Shown: positions 1 through 12,607 of the stretch, piece after piece
How positions within the stretch are numbered: position 1 is the stretch's first letter
Layout: the number at the start of each line of letters is the position of its first letter
Source of the DNA: the human T2T-CHM13v2.0 reference genome, Homo sapiens
NCBI RefSeq assembly: GCF_009914755.1
Contig: NC_060942.1
Strand: one strand, 5' to 3'
DNA length: 64,000 nucleotides
Notes under the pieces: model-generated
What the model was told of the DNA's origin: nothing
The model's input: only the letters and a program-made list of their open reading frames with translations
Databases searched by the model: none
Made by a program: the position numbers and the translations under genes

Positions 1-115
1 CAACTCATTTAACCCTCATACAATCATGTCAGCTAGGTGCTATGTTTGTAAACATTTTAGAGACAAGGAAATGGAGACAGAGAGGTTAAGTAACTTGCCA
101 AGGTCACATAATGGG
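1..115. mobile_element. MIR SINE fragment
   Basis: MIR core ...gaggttaagtaacttgccaaggtcaca, preceded by ctcatttaaccctca. Confidence 0.7.
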
Positions 116-121
116 GAAGTA

Positions 122-160
122 TCAGGTTGGTGCAAAAGTAATTGTGGCTTTTGCCATTAA
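122..160. mobile_element. Half MADE1 (Hsmar1 mariner MITE): one terminal inverted repeat
   Basis: tcaggttggtgcaaaagtaattgtggcttttgccatt matches the MADE1 TIR TTAGGTTGGTGCAAAAGTAATTGCGGTTTTTGCCATT and follows a TA. Confidence 0.8.
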
Positions 161-589
161 ATAGCAGAGCTGGTGTTCCAAACAGGACAAGTTAATTCTT
201 CCTGCCTGACGACAGAGTTTTAAAGGCTGCCACAAAAGCAGAACAAGGTAGAAGGTGCTTATCTCCAAAAATCTTTCCATAGAAATAGATTTTAAACAGC
301 CACAGGAGAAAGAAAAAAAATCTTATATTTTGATAACTTCTGGGTCATGGATATCGGTAGCTCCATAATATGCAGCTGAACTGAATCCTTTAAAAAGGAA
401 ATGCACATACAGCTATATGAACTTCTTTCTGCTCTTCTCAAAGCAACGCAGAGAGACCACTGAGCCAGGAGCCGGGACCATAGCTCAGTCCTCGTCTAGG
501 CAGGTTCTGTCCCTCAGAGGCCTAAATCCCTCTGACCTTGTGGTACTGGCCACTGATCACATCAAAAAGTAAAGGTCCCATCTGTATTA

Positions 590-832
590 AATGCCCAGAA
601 TAGGCAAATCCATACAGAAAGAAAGTAGATTAGTGGTTGCCTGGGGCTGGAGGGGGGCAATGGAGAATAGCTGCTAAAGGGCTTTTTTATGGGGTGATGA
701 AAATGTTCTAAAATTGACTGTGGTTGGTAATGGATGCACAACCTTGTGAACATACTAAAAACCACCAAATTGTATACTTTAAATGGGTGAATTGTATGGT
801 ATGTCAATTATATCTCATTAAAGCTGTTAAAA
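590..832 (+). mobile_element. Old L1 (L1MB-like) 3' end
   Basis: aaagtagattagtggttgcc...ggtgatgaaaatgttctaaaattga...ctttaaatgggtgaattgtatggtatg...aaagctgttaaaaa, typical of the L1M 3' UTR terminus. Confidence 0.8.
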
Positions 833-1095
833 ATACATTAGACCTGATTCCACTCCTTGCTAGTAAAATAAAGTAGCAAAAAAAAAAAAAAAAAAAAAAA
901 GCAGGCATGGCAGTGGGGGAGTGCAAGTTCTGGGCTCCCTGAGCCCCTCTCAATGTTCCCTGTGGATCTCTAAACAGAAACTGTACACTCTCTATCACAG
1001 ATGTTGCCATCGCTGGCCTGGGACATCTTCTGAGGCCAAAGCCTGCCCCCAGCAAAGCTGCTGACAGGAGCTGACTTTTAAGGACCCCAAGGCCA

Positions 1096-1433
1096 ACCAG
1101 GCGCAATGGCTCACACCTGTAATCCCAGCACTTTGGGAGGCCGAGGTGGGAGGATGGCTTGAGCCCAAGAAGTTCAAGACCAGCCTGGGCAACAACACAG
1201 GGAGACCTCATCTCTACAAAAAACTTAAAAATTAGCCAGGCATGGTGGCACTTGCCTGTAGCCCCAGCTACTGGGGAGACTAAGGCAGGAGGATCGCTTG
1301 AGCCTGGTAGGTTGGGGCCGCAGTGACAGCTGTGATGACACCACTGTACTCCAGCCTGGGTGACAGAACAAGACACTGTCTCAAAACAAAACAAAACAAA
1401 ACAAAACAAAAAAAGCCAAAAAAAAAAAAAAAA
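1096..1433 (+). mobile_element. Full-length Alu (AluJ-like) with (CAAAA)n/A tail
   Basis: Two-arm Alu; TSD gaccccaaggcca at 1083-1095 and 1437-1449. Confidence 0.93.
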
Positions 1434-1999
1434 CCAGACCCCAAGGCCAGTTATTCTATGTCTGCTTCTTTTCTCGTCCCTGTCTTCCTGGGCCACTGGC
1501 ACCAACCTTCCTGGTCACTCACTGTCTCCTTCCATTCCATACTTCAGGCCTTGTACCCCTGCTGACCTCTCAAATCACTGTACCATAAATACCTCTGGAT
1601 CCCCAGCCTCTTTAAGGAGTACCCTCTGGCCCCTCCCCTCTTTGCCATCACAGAAGCCCAGCTGGCCCCCCCCAGGACTCTGCAGTCCTCACTGCTCTCT
1701 AGAATGGAGGCAGCTCCTTCCTCCTCACCTGCCAGCCACCCCCAGTGCTGCTTCCAGGCCTTTATTTTTCACCTTTACAAAATACCCCTCTGCACGCTCA
1801 GCAAAACATTAATTCTAGATAAATCCAACTACCCATTCTCTCCTTACCCATACCTGGGTGGCTGGATGAGACCACACATCAACTCATCTTCCTTTAACCA
1901 AGCCCTGCCATTATACTTTTATACAAGTACTGCAGCCAAAAAATAAAACTGAATTTCACTCGGAGAATCACTTCTATGGATTAAGACACTGTTCCTAGA

Positions 2000-3070
2000 T
2001 CTATGGAGGAAGTTGATCTCGACAACTCCTAAACCCCAATTTATGGTCTTTAACCACAGCCAAACAATCTGCGCACTCTGCAATTTCTCTTTCTGTTTAC
2101 TGGGCAGCCATTCCCACCTTCCTCCATTCTCTTCAAGCTTCTGACCCTGCTGCCTCTCAGCAGATGCCTCGTCTCTTCCTTCATGGGGAAATAGAAGCTG
2201 TCAAGCAGGAAATCCCAAATTCCTGTCCTAACGTGCAGAAACTCATCTGCACCCACAGCCATCCCACCTTTCTGTCCTTCTCATGGAACAAAGGTCTCCC
2301 TCCTGGCTGGTCTTCCATCCACCCACCCCTGCCTCCTGGAGGGCCGCAGTCCACCCAAGCCCATGCTCCTCTCTCGCACCGCTTCTTTTTCACAGCCAAG
2401 CCTCCAAGAGTTCAAACTCGCTGTCTCCACTGCCTCACCTCCTGCTCTCCTCAAATTACTGAAATTAGGTTTCTGTCCCAACAACTCCCTTGGAAGGAAG
2501 TCCTCCACCCAAGGGACTCACGGAGGCCCTCTCCCTGCTGAGCTCCTGGAAGCCCTGGTTCTCTCCTGCCTGGCCTACCACATGGCCTCAGGGTGCTGCC
2601 CCCTCCAGGGTCTCCCCACCTCAGCTTGCACACAGTCTGGGAGACCTGCTGATCTGATCATTCACATCTGAACCCCTCTCCCCTGCTTCTCCCCTGTGGG
2701 CTGATACCTTGAGCTTCAGGGTGAAGCCCAAGTGCCTGCTCAGGGTGGACACGGCTTCTCATTCTCCCATGGTCCCTACTTTCCAACCTTACCTGCCCCC
2801 ACCAGGAGTTCCAGACAAATCAGATCACTTCAAATTCTCCAAGTGTGACATTCCCTTCACCTGGAACACCCCCTCCTCATCTGACTTCGCTTGGGAATGC
2901 TCTCCCCACGACGCTCTTCCTTCTGTCATTTCCTCCACAGTGTTTCTGGTTCTGTGTCATCAAAGATGACACTTCAGTGCTTGCCTGACCCTCTCAAGAA
3001 GTGCTGACATCTGAAAAGCAGGGGCTCAGTGCACTATTCCGTGAACATGTGGTTTCTCATGTGAATGAAT
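2000..3070. mobile_element. Degraded L2 fragments
   Basis: Pyrimidine-rich L2-like 3' segments ending in gaatgaa-type terminus; boundaries approximate. Confidence 0.4.
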
Positions 3071-5964
3071 ACATAAATGTGGCAAGGGCACTTCACCTCC
3101 CTCCATCACAGGAGTCACACCTCTACACGAAAGCGCTAGACAAGGAAACCTTTGGGGCCACTTCTTAAGAAACCACAATCCCCTGATCTGAATACAGAGT
3201 AAATCCTCCTGACAGCAGGCTGGGCCAGGTGAGGAAACAGGGGGCGGGGGACACTGGCCTCCCCACTGAGTGAGCTGATTTCACTCCACAGTCCTGAGTG
3301 ATTTCCTTTCTTCCAGGAAACAAAGAATCCTCATCACAGGACACAGGGCAGAGCCTGCCGCCCCACTCAGACCTGCCGTTGATTGCTCCAACACCTCCAA
3401 CTTGATACAGCGCCTGGGCTTCACTTACTAGAATTGCTTCCAGGGTTCAAGGTTGCCTGTTCCTCTGAGAGAAAGTGGACTGATGAATGGGAAGAGGATA
3501 TTAGGAAATCCCAACCCAAATAGGGCTTAGAAGGCAGCAGGGGCTGGTGGGCACCTACTCCCCACCCGCCACCAGACATCTTTGGAGAGTCTTGTTACGA
3601 GCAGCCTGGAAATTAACATTGCTGACACTCAAACACCTTCTTGGAGGAGTGGGCTTGGGTAACGGAGGAACAATTTTAGTCTGTGGCTTGTTTGGGGCCT
3701 GTCTGCAAAGGGGCTTTTCCACCTCAGGTGGTTTAATAAATACCCTGGTCCAGTCTGCACTCTCCTCTGCAGCTGTGGCACCAGTCACAGGCCCTGGGGA
3801 GTGCTCCCTGCACACTCCCCCTTTAAACTCACAGCCACCCCATCTCCACACTTCTTATCTAAACCCCAGCTCACTACCCTGCCTGCCACTGCACAGCTTC
3901 CCCAAGAAAAGTGATTTTCCCACAGGCTGCTTCTGCACCATGAGTCCAATCCTTCATCTGACTTTATGTCCTGTCTCATGGGGTCACAGAACTCAACTGT
4001 TCACAGTGCAATGTATTATTCACTCTCACCCTGCAAAGTATCTGAGAGACAGGGAAGAAAGGACGTGTCTGAGGCTGCTTCCACAGCCCAACAGGATCCT
4101 TCCCAAGGAGCACCGCGTTGCCCAGCCACGGCAAACCCAGGGGGATTCCCTAACCTCCTCAGGCTCAGAGACATGGGTGCTTCCAGGCCCTACTATGTTT
4201 TAAAGTCAGGTTCATTGCAGAATAATTTCCATGCAGTAAAATGCACCCTTTCACTGAAGCATACAGTTCAGTGAGTTTTGACAAATGTAATAACACCTGT
4301 TGGCTTAAAATCCACCTGTTACTGATGCTCTATCAGACTATGCTAAATCATCCTGAATTTCCAGAACAATTAAACCTGTTACAAAAAGTCTCCACATTGT
4401 GGACTTTTGTCTTATTCCCTAATGTGGTGTTCAACTCATCTTCTTGGCCACCAGTGTGAGTTTACACGTGTCACATCCACAGTACCACCCAATGTCTTGA
4501 CATGTCTAGCCCCCACCAGCCTGATTGGCAGGAAACCCAGGCTTTCCACAAACCTGTGTAGGACAAACTGCCTACTCCATGTGCCCTGAGAACTGTATAC
4601 GACCTTCACCTTCACCACTTGGGAGGAGAGTGAAAAGCCAGGGTCCTCCTTGAGTACTGGCCCCAGGGAGCCACACCAGCTTAGCATCCCAGAGGCCTGG
4701 GTTGGACACAAGACATGGCGCTGCCTTTAGCTTCGGGGGTATGGAGCTGGAGGAGACGGTTACTGATGGGAATCTCAAAAGAGACTGGGGAAAAGGAGCA
4801 TGACCTTGGCTGAGTTTGGGAAGGGAGGTGGTAGTAGTGGATGCTGAAACCAAGAAAATAAAAGTGAATCATGAACAGCAGGATGGCCTAGGCTGTGACT
4901 TCAGCCATTTAGCCAATGCTACTCAATCTAGGGACAATTGTTTTACCTTTACTGCTACCCCTCAGGTTAGGCAAGCCTGGACAAACACTTGCTACACTGA
5001 GAGATTATCTCTGCTTGGATACCGATTCTCGGGATGAAGCCCACATCTCTAGTGAAATGCTAAAAACCTTCAGGAGGTTAAAAAAAAATATGCAAGCTGT
5101 AGAACTGGTATATTTTTCTCTGTCTTCTACTGTTTCCCTTTCATTTTCAAAGGCAACAAAACTAGGAGAGCCCTTCTGAAAGGAAACACTTCCTACCAAA
5201 CCATCAAGCCACACTTAAGCCTTTACAGGCAAGATGTGGGAGAGCAGAAAGTAAAAGCAAGTGGGTTCTTTCCCTTGCAATAGCAAGAATCATGTGGCTT
5301 TTATACCTGTTGATTAGTGTTTCCATCCCTGGAGGAACTGGTATATATTTACCCCTTTTAGCAATCAACCACTCCACTGGGAGAGATTTTGCAGATTAGA
5401 TGAACCCCTATCATCGAGCAGGAAACCAGAGGCTAAAGAAGTTAGGTAATTGATAAAACCCAGATCCTCTAAACCTTACCCTCCCAATGCTGCCAGGCAC
5501 TCTCCAGGCTGACAAGTCAGCACTCACCCCATCCCACCAGGTACAGCCCCTCAGAAACCAGATGGGGAAATTATGAATTTCACCTGCCACCATGCCATGC
5601 AACTCTATCACTCACAAGCCATCTGACGTGGCATTAGCAATCCCAGACTTTAGTCTTCACTCTCTAGGGATGCCCATTAGATGTTGCAGTTCTTCTCTTG
5701 GCACCTAGGTCACCTGGGACATCAAGTCCAAACCACCATATTATGCCAACCCGTGCCACCCAGGCTCCCCCAAGAGAGGCATACGTTTACCAGTGTAGCA
5801 ACACCTGCCAGTCACTTTAAACATGTTGCCTTCTAGCACACAGAATGGTACATGCTTCTAGTATGCAGCCTGCCAACGCTTCTTCCAGCACACTGAAGGC
5901 CAGCTGATCACAGATGAAATTCCACCTTTGAGATCTTATGTGATTTCCTTGTATCACATCCCTA

Positions 5965-6141
<177 letters not shown>

Positions 6142-6604
6142 CTAGGGCAAGTAAAAAGGTCACACGAGTGAACTGCAGGCACACCTTAACATTCACCTCC
6201 CCCAGGGGCTCAGTGAGTTCTGGGTTCTGGAGGACAGCAGAGAACTGCCAGATAAGGTTTGGATGCTAAGTCATAGTTATGACTGCAGAAAAGCAAAGCA
6301 CAGTTAGGCGATTCCTCATGCCTGGGTGAACACTTCCTGGGGGCACTTTAACAATCACCTGAGTTGCCGTATTCCCATTCAATCACAGGAAGCCCCATAT
6401 CTGGCTTGCTGTTGCTTAAATACCCTAGACACCTAGGCTCAGAGGAATGGGAGTCAAAGCCAAAGAGAGGATCATTTCCCCTCTCAGCACAGTTGCCCCC
6501 ATTCAGTTCTCCCTCCTGAGCAGTGGAGAGCCCCTTCCGAAAGCTGGAGGTACCACCAGGAAAACCAAGGGATATCAGAACGTAGCCAGGGCCCACCCAC
6601 CTCA

Positions 6605-6937
<333 letters not shown>

Positions 6938-7127
6938 CTAATTGAAGAACATGTCTATTTTCAAAACTAGAAAAAGTAATGACAGCAGGAAAATTTTGGA
7001 AAAGAAAGTTTAAAAAAGAAAGTCAGCAATGATTCTATCATTCATATTGACCACCAGTTATATCTTGGTGGGTTTCCTTTTAGGAATTTTGCATTTTTGA
7101 AAAAAGTCAGAACTATGTAACATTTTA

Positions 7128-7464
7128 CTTATTTAATTTAATTAATTAATTAATTAATTTATTTATTTATTTATTTTGAGACATGGTCTGACTCTGTCAC
7201 CCAGGCTGGAGTGCAGAGGCGCAATCTTGGCTCACTGCAACCTCTGTCTCCCAGTCTCAAGGGATCCTCCCACCTCAGTCAGCCTCCCGAGTAGCTGGGA
7301 CTGCAGGCACACGCCACCATGCCGAGCTAATTTTTCTACTTTTTTGTAGAGACAAGGTTTTGCCATGTTGTCCAAGCTGGTCTCGAACTCCTGGGCTCAA
7401 GTGATCCATCCACCTCAGCCTCCCACAGTGCTGGGACTACAGGCATGAGCCACCACACCTGGCC
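7128..7464 (-). mobile_element. Full-length Alu (AluJ-like) with (TTAA)n/(TTTA)n tail
   Basis: ttttgagacatggtctgactctgtcacccaggctggagtgcag ... gagccaccacacctggcc. Confidence 0.93.
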
Positions 7465-7569
7465 TTACCTTCTATTATCATCATTTAACATTCCATTGAA
7501 AACACTTCCCCACACCACTGTTCTGAAGGCATCAGTTTTAACATCTGTCTCATCAACCACTGTATAGAT

Positions 7570-7734
7570 CAGGGCCGTGGTCTAGACCTGGGAAGTGCAA
7601 TGGTGTCCAGGTGAGGGGACAGGTGGTGCTGAAATTCAGTCAGCCCCCTCGCAAGCCCCAGAGGGGTGTGTTCCATCCAGAGGGGACACCTTTACTTAAT
7701 TAACACAGGTGCCCATGAGCTGGCAGTGGCCCCC
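7570..7734. mobile_element. hAT-Tip100 MITE (MER91-like)
   Basis: Termini cagggcc...ggccc; internal aaaggtgtcccctctgga on the minus strand resembles the MER91 consensus as I recall it. Confidence 0.5.
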
Positions 7735-8024
7735 ACAGAGATGCATCATCATTTAACCACACCCCCAGTGAGGACATTTTGGTTCTTTTCTCAGTTGTTA
7801 GCTGCTATTAGTTTTGTGACAAATTCTTTGAATTCATAATTCTTTCCTTAGGATGCTAACCTAAAGAAATTACCATGTCAAACAGTACCACTTTTCTTAA
7901 AAGGTAGAAGTAAATTAACTCCTGGAAAGGTGGAACTAATGTTTGTTATGACCCCACCTCCAGCCTCACAATGTACGAAAGTGTCTTGTTCTTCTAATAC
8001 TGGTTAACAATATTTTGTTTTAAT

Positions 8025-8230
8025 CATCTTTATTGAGTTAGCCTTTACACACAGTAAAATACACCAATTTTAAGTGTATATTTTCATGCATTTTTCTTAA
8101 ATTTTTTTTCTCAACATCTGTTGATGGGTGATGCATTTTTGATAGAGAATTTTTATATCGAGATGTTCTGTGAATATGCAAACACAGATGGAGGACATTT
8201 TCATCACCTGGAAAATTTCCCCATGCTCCA
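8025..8230 (-). mobile_element. Old L1 (L1M) 3' fragment
   Basis: tttattgag...acacagtaaaatacaccaattttaagtgta...acattttcatcacc, reverse complement of an L1M 3' end. Confidence 0.6.
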
Positions 8231-9188
8231 TTCGGGTCAGCCTCCAGTGTTCTCCCCATCTGGTCCTGCCCCTCTTTACTGGGAGTCTGGGAATGGTAGT
8301 GTATCACAGCTCTTTGGTCAACTGTGTAATGTTAGCTTTTTAAAGTCTTTGGTTCCTTGGAACATAAAAAGTCTGAATTTTAACTTATCATTACTACAGC
8401 TCAACATTTTTCTGTCTGACTGTACTAGTCATTGTACTTCGTGAATTGTCTGATGCTTGGTCAATTTTGTTGGATTTTAACTTTAAAAATGGACTTACCT
8501 GAGCGCTTTGTATCTTAGAATATCAACACTATCATTCATTGCTTAACTCCAATGTGTGCAATATGGCCCAATCTTTGGGCAGGGGAAGGTGGAACCGTTA
8601 GAGGGGAGGATGGGGGTCATGATATGCAGCGTAGTGGGCAGAGGCAGGGGTCCTCCCTCAGGCCATGCTGGCTACGCCAAGGGGTCTGGAATTTACCAGG
8701 CAGCAGCAGAGAGATTCCGAAGGATGTCAAGTTAAGAACTGACAACCTGACCTGCACCTTAGAGACCGGCAGGAGAACAACTGTGAGCCGGGGGAGAGTG
8801 TGCAAGCCTGGAGGCACGAAGGTGAGCAAGGTAGTTCTTACTACAGTAGGAAGCCAGAAAGATCCAGTCAGGGCCTGACGTACACTGCTGGTGGCCAACC
8901 AATAGAAAGGTTCTGGGCATGAAGGAAGATGTGGATGAGAGGGCCTCAAATGACCAACTGGATGTGCAGATAAGACCCAGGCAACAGGATGGATGTGGTC
9001 ACACTCACCATGCCGGCAACATTATACACACATTGGCAGCTTTAGCTACAAATGCTTGCAGCCCACCTTATATGCTCCACAGCAGCATCAGGCTGAGGGG
9101 TGAGAAGGGCAGAAGCCTATGAAGAAGAGATGGACATTTTCCATCTCTTCTCATTCACACACACTTCTTTTCATACAAACACACTTCT

Positions 9189-9192
<4 letters not shown>

Positions 9193-9224
<32 letters not shown>
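9193..9224. repeat. (AC)16 microsatellite
   Basis: Direct reading. Confidence 0.95.
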
Positions 9225-9226
<2 letters not shown>

Positions 9227-9349
9227 CTTCTCATTCTATACTGCCCAATGCACCAAATGGACGGCAGTGGCCCCACTAATGAGAGCCCACAGAACACTAA
9301 GCCCAAGTGCTCCACAAGTTCTGAGTAATGCCCCCAGCAGCCAAGAGTT

Positions 9350-9500
9350 AGGCCTTATTATTAATCCCATCCTGTGGCTGAAGAAACTGATGGGCAGGGA
9401 GACTGAATAAGCTGTGCTGCCCAAGGCCAGAGAGTCGGTAGGCAGAGGCAGTGTGTGAACCCAGACAGTCTGATTTCTGAGACCACAGTCTTAATTCAGA
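9350..9500. mobile_element. MIR fragment
   Basis: attattaatcccat...gaagaaactga...gcccaaggcca...gaacccagacagtctga. Confidence 0.6.
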
Positions 9501-11948
9501 GAGGAGGAGAAGTTTCATGAAAAAGGAAAAACAGATGAGGTGGAAGGGCTGTGAATATGGAGGATGATGTCCTAGAAGGAGGTATTTGAGCTCATAGTGA
9601 ATGGGAAAGGGCCAGTAATACCAACGAGGTAATAGCGATGGACACAGGCTCCATTCAGCCCACTCCATGTCTCTACCCTTTCCATTCTTCAGTACAACTA
9701 AATTTTCTCAGTGTCATACATACAAAGTGTCATGCAAGCCCTTCCAAATAGAGCATAGTCCCTCAGTACCACCCCAGAGAGAAATGTTGCAGCTGGCCCT
9801 GATGGGGGCTGAGGATGGTGGTGGTGGAGAGATAGCACCTGTGCAGAGGGAACACCACAGATAGAGGCATCAGATACCCAAAGGGGCCGGGCCGGTGCCC
9901 AGAATACATCAGGCTTCTCCCACCCTGGTGCTCACCTCCCCCATCAGGAGGAGTAGGAAATCATTTAGAGATTAAATGAGTCAACTGCTTGGAGACAAAC
10001 CACATTAAAGCACAGCCTTTGGCCATGCCCACGTGTGAGAAATAATTCTAGGTTGAAAAAACAAGATCAAAGATGTAAAGTGTATGCTGGGATGAAGGAG
10101 GCCACCCCTGTGCACTCCAGACCAAGCAGGAGAAGCACTGTGTCTGCCAGTCACTGCCTTGAATTGGGGCCCTTCCAGCCCAGATGATAGTCTTAAAGAC
10201 TGAGCTATGTCCCTTAGAACCTTACTGCCTTCCCCGATCCTCCACCCTGAGAGAAGCTGCTGATGGCAGCCAAGCCCCAGAGGAAATTGAATTAATAAAA
10301 CCTAGGTGGGAGATAAAAGAGCCACCCCAGCAATTGGCCAGATAATAGCAATTGGGTGTGCTGGCAGAGCTGTGCTAAGCTCCACAGAGGATTTAAATAT
10401 CTCAGACTTGTCATTTTCTAAAGGTTTACACTGGTAGCACTCCACAAAGAACATTCTCATTAATTTGAGATGGACTGAAATTAGCTTGTAATTTTCCTAT
10501 TTCTAAGATATTATCTGGTAACAATTCCTGTGCCATCTAGCATAATTACTTAAATGCCGGAGGCCCAGAAATGAATGAGGGGCTCGGGCAGCTTGGGGAA
10601 ACATCTAAAATGACAGACCTCAGAAAGCCACAGTTGGGGAGATTGGGTAACTTTTCCTTTACAATGGAATTATATTTATAGTAATTCCTCCCATCAACAG
10701 AGAAGACTTTTTAAAATAAACACAATGAATCAATTTATAGTTCACAACATTAAAGTGTCACAAAGAAATTTATATGCTAAAGAGAACTGAATTTCTCTTG
10801 TAAAATCAGTGTTGAAAATATTTAAACCAGAATCCTTGGGCCGGAGGAAGGTCAAAACATAGAGTAAGAATCGATGCTGAAATGTGGCATCTGGTCTCTC
10901 GATGGCACAATGATCACACTGTTTCCATTTCTATTTTCATAGTCGAAAAGTATACAATTTCCTTCTCATTCTACCTTAACTTCAGAGTGTAGTAAGGGAC
11001 ACAGATGCCTCTACAAATAAGGTAGTGTCCGTTGGAAAGTGAAACTGCAATAAAAAGTCAATTAGTCACTAAGTTAATGATCAACCTCCTTGAATCTCTC
11101 ACTCCATGACCTGGAGAGAGAACAGAGAGGCAGTGAGATGCTTTGAAGATTGGGAAACTCTACGTTCCCCTGGCACAGGTCAAAGGAACTAAAATCTCCT
11201 AGCTCAGCCTGGTCTTTCCAATTTATAAAGCTCACTCTCCAGCATTCTGCCTTTGGTAGACTGAAAAGATGGACTACAGATTAGATACAGACGATAGCTT
11301 CCAGGGAATGATTATTAGAAGTCACACAGAAAATATAACGTGGAGAAATTCTCCCTGGAGAAGCCTTTAAAAGCAGGGCCATCATGCATTGAGGTCAGAG
11401 AAATGATCCAGACATCCTTTCAAGGTCCCTTTCCATCTTGAAGCCTATAAAATCTCACAAGGCCACCCTGGGTCTGTCAGAGAGGCCAACCCTTCTGATC
11501 TCTTTACTGAACAACCTCGGGATGCTGGCTGTACCTTGGAATGGTGGGGCCTGCATTCCGCTCAGGTGCTTCTCTGTGCCTAGATGCCCCCACCCAGGAC
11601 TAGTTTTTTTAGACAGAACACAATCCCAGGCACTGTTCACACCCCAAGGCGAAGGTCAGTTATTCTTCTTGAGGACCTAAATCCACTCAGTTTGCCAAAT
11701 GCTCCAATTCCCAGCTCGTCTTCAGGCCTGAAACTCCAATGCAGGACAGGAAAACATCCACTATATGGCGATCCTCTCCCAACCTAACAGCCAACTGTCC
11801 CAAACTATGAAGGCTGTAAAGATGAGCAAGTCACAGTCCCTGCCCAGAAGAGCTACTGGGCAGATGACAGGAAACTAGTACATGAGAGCCTCCCCAAGGA
11901 ATAGAAATTGTATGTGTTGTAGGCTTTTAAAAGACAATGAGGCCATAG

Positions 11949-12607
11949 TGTTCCCAAACCAAACTGAGGGTCGGGCTGCTTATTCTCGTGGCCCAATAAC
12001 AAGATGCAGATGAGCTGGGGAGGAAAAGAGTTTTTACTTTCTGCAACCAGTTACAGGGAGAAGGCCTGGAAATTATCGCCAGCCCAACTCAAAATTACTA
12101 AGTTTTTCAGAGCTTATATACCTTCTAAGCTGTATGTCTACATGTAAGTGTGCATTCATCCAAAGACATAAGTGATTAACTTCTAATCTATAACTAAGAT
12201 CTGAGTCTTGAAGACTTTCCTCTGGAGCCTCAGTAAATTTACTTAATCTAAATGGGTCCGGGTGCTGGGGTGATTACCCTTATCTTGTCTCCTGCTAAAT
12301 CACGGAGGTTTGGGGAGTTCCTTCAGGCCCCCCAATAAACTTGTTTCTAGAGGCCTGGGGAGTTTCTTCAGACCCACAATAAAACTTGTTTAATCTTAAA
12401 CGGGTCCTGTTAAGAATTCATTCCTTATTTTGTCATGCTTTAAGGCCCAGGAAGGGCCTAGGCAAGACTCTTGGTGGGCTCTTGTTACATTCCAGCCTTT
12501 GTATGAGGGCACTGACTTTTTTAGCTTTTAATATTTAACTTAACCACTCACTCAGTACTGAAACAGTTGCTATAGAGGCCTGCGTTAGTGAGACCTGGAC
12601 TGCCACA
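11949..12607 (-). mobile_element. ERV1-class solo LTR (~659 bp, MER39-like; subfamily tentative)
   Basis: TG...CA termini; minus strand starts TGTGGCAGTCCAGGTCTCACTAACGCAGGCCTC; TATATAAG at 12113-12120 (-); internal ~35-bp duplication; CATAGTG direct repeat across both junctions. Confidence 0.8.

Noticed and set aside
122-160. Possible miR-548-type hairpin
   Set aside because: Only one MADE1 arm is present, so the palindromic precursor cannot form.
804-1505. 233-aa minus-strand ORF
   Set aside because: Translation of an antisense Alu and A-rich tails (typical Alu peptides such as [10 protein letters not shown]); not an independent gene.
3547-4203. 218-aa plus-strand ORF
   Set aside because: Starts at GTG, has no recognisable domain and lies antisense in an intron; consistent with a chance ORF.
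11047-11055. AATAAA as an intronic poly(A) signal of MYO5B
   Set aside because: It is on the plus strand, antisense to MYO5B.
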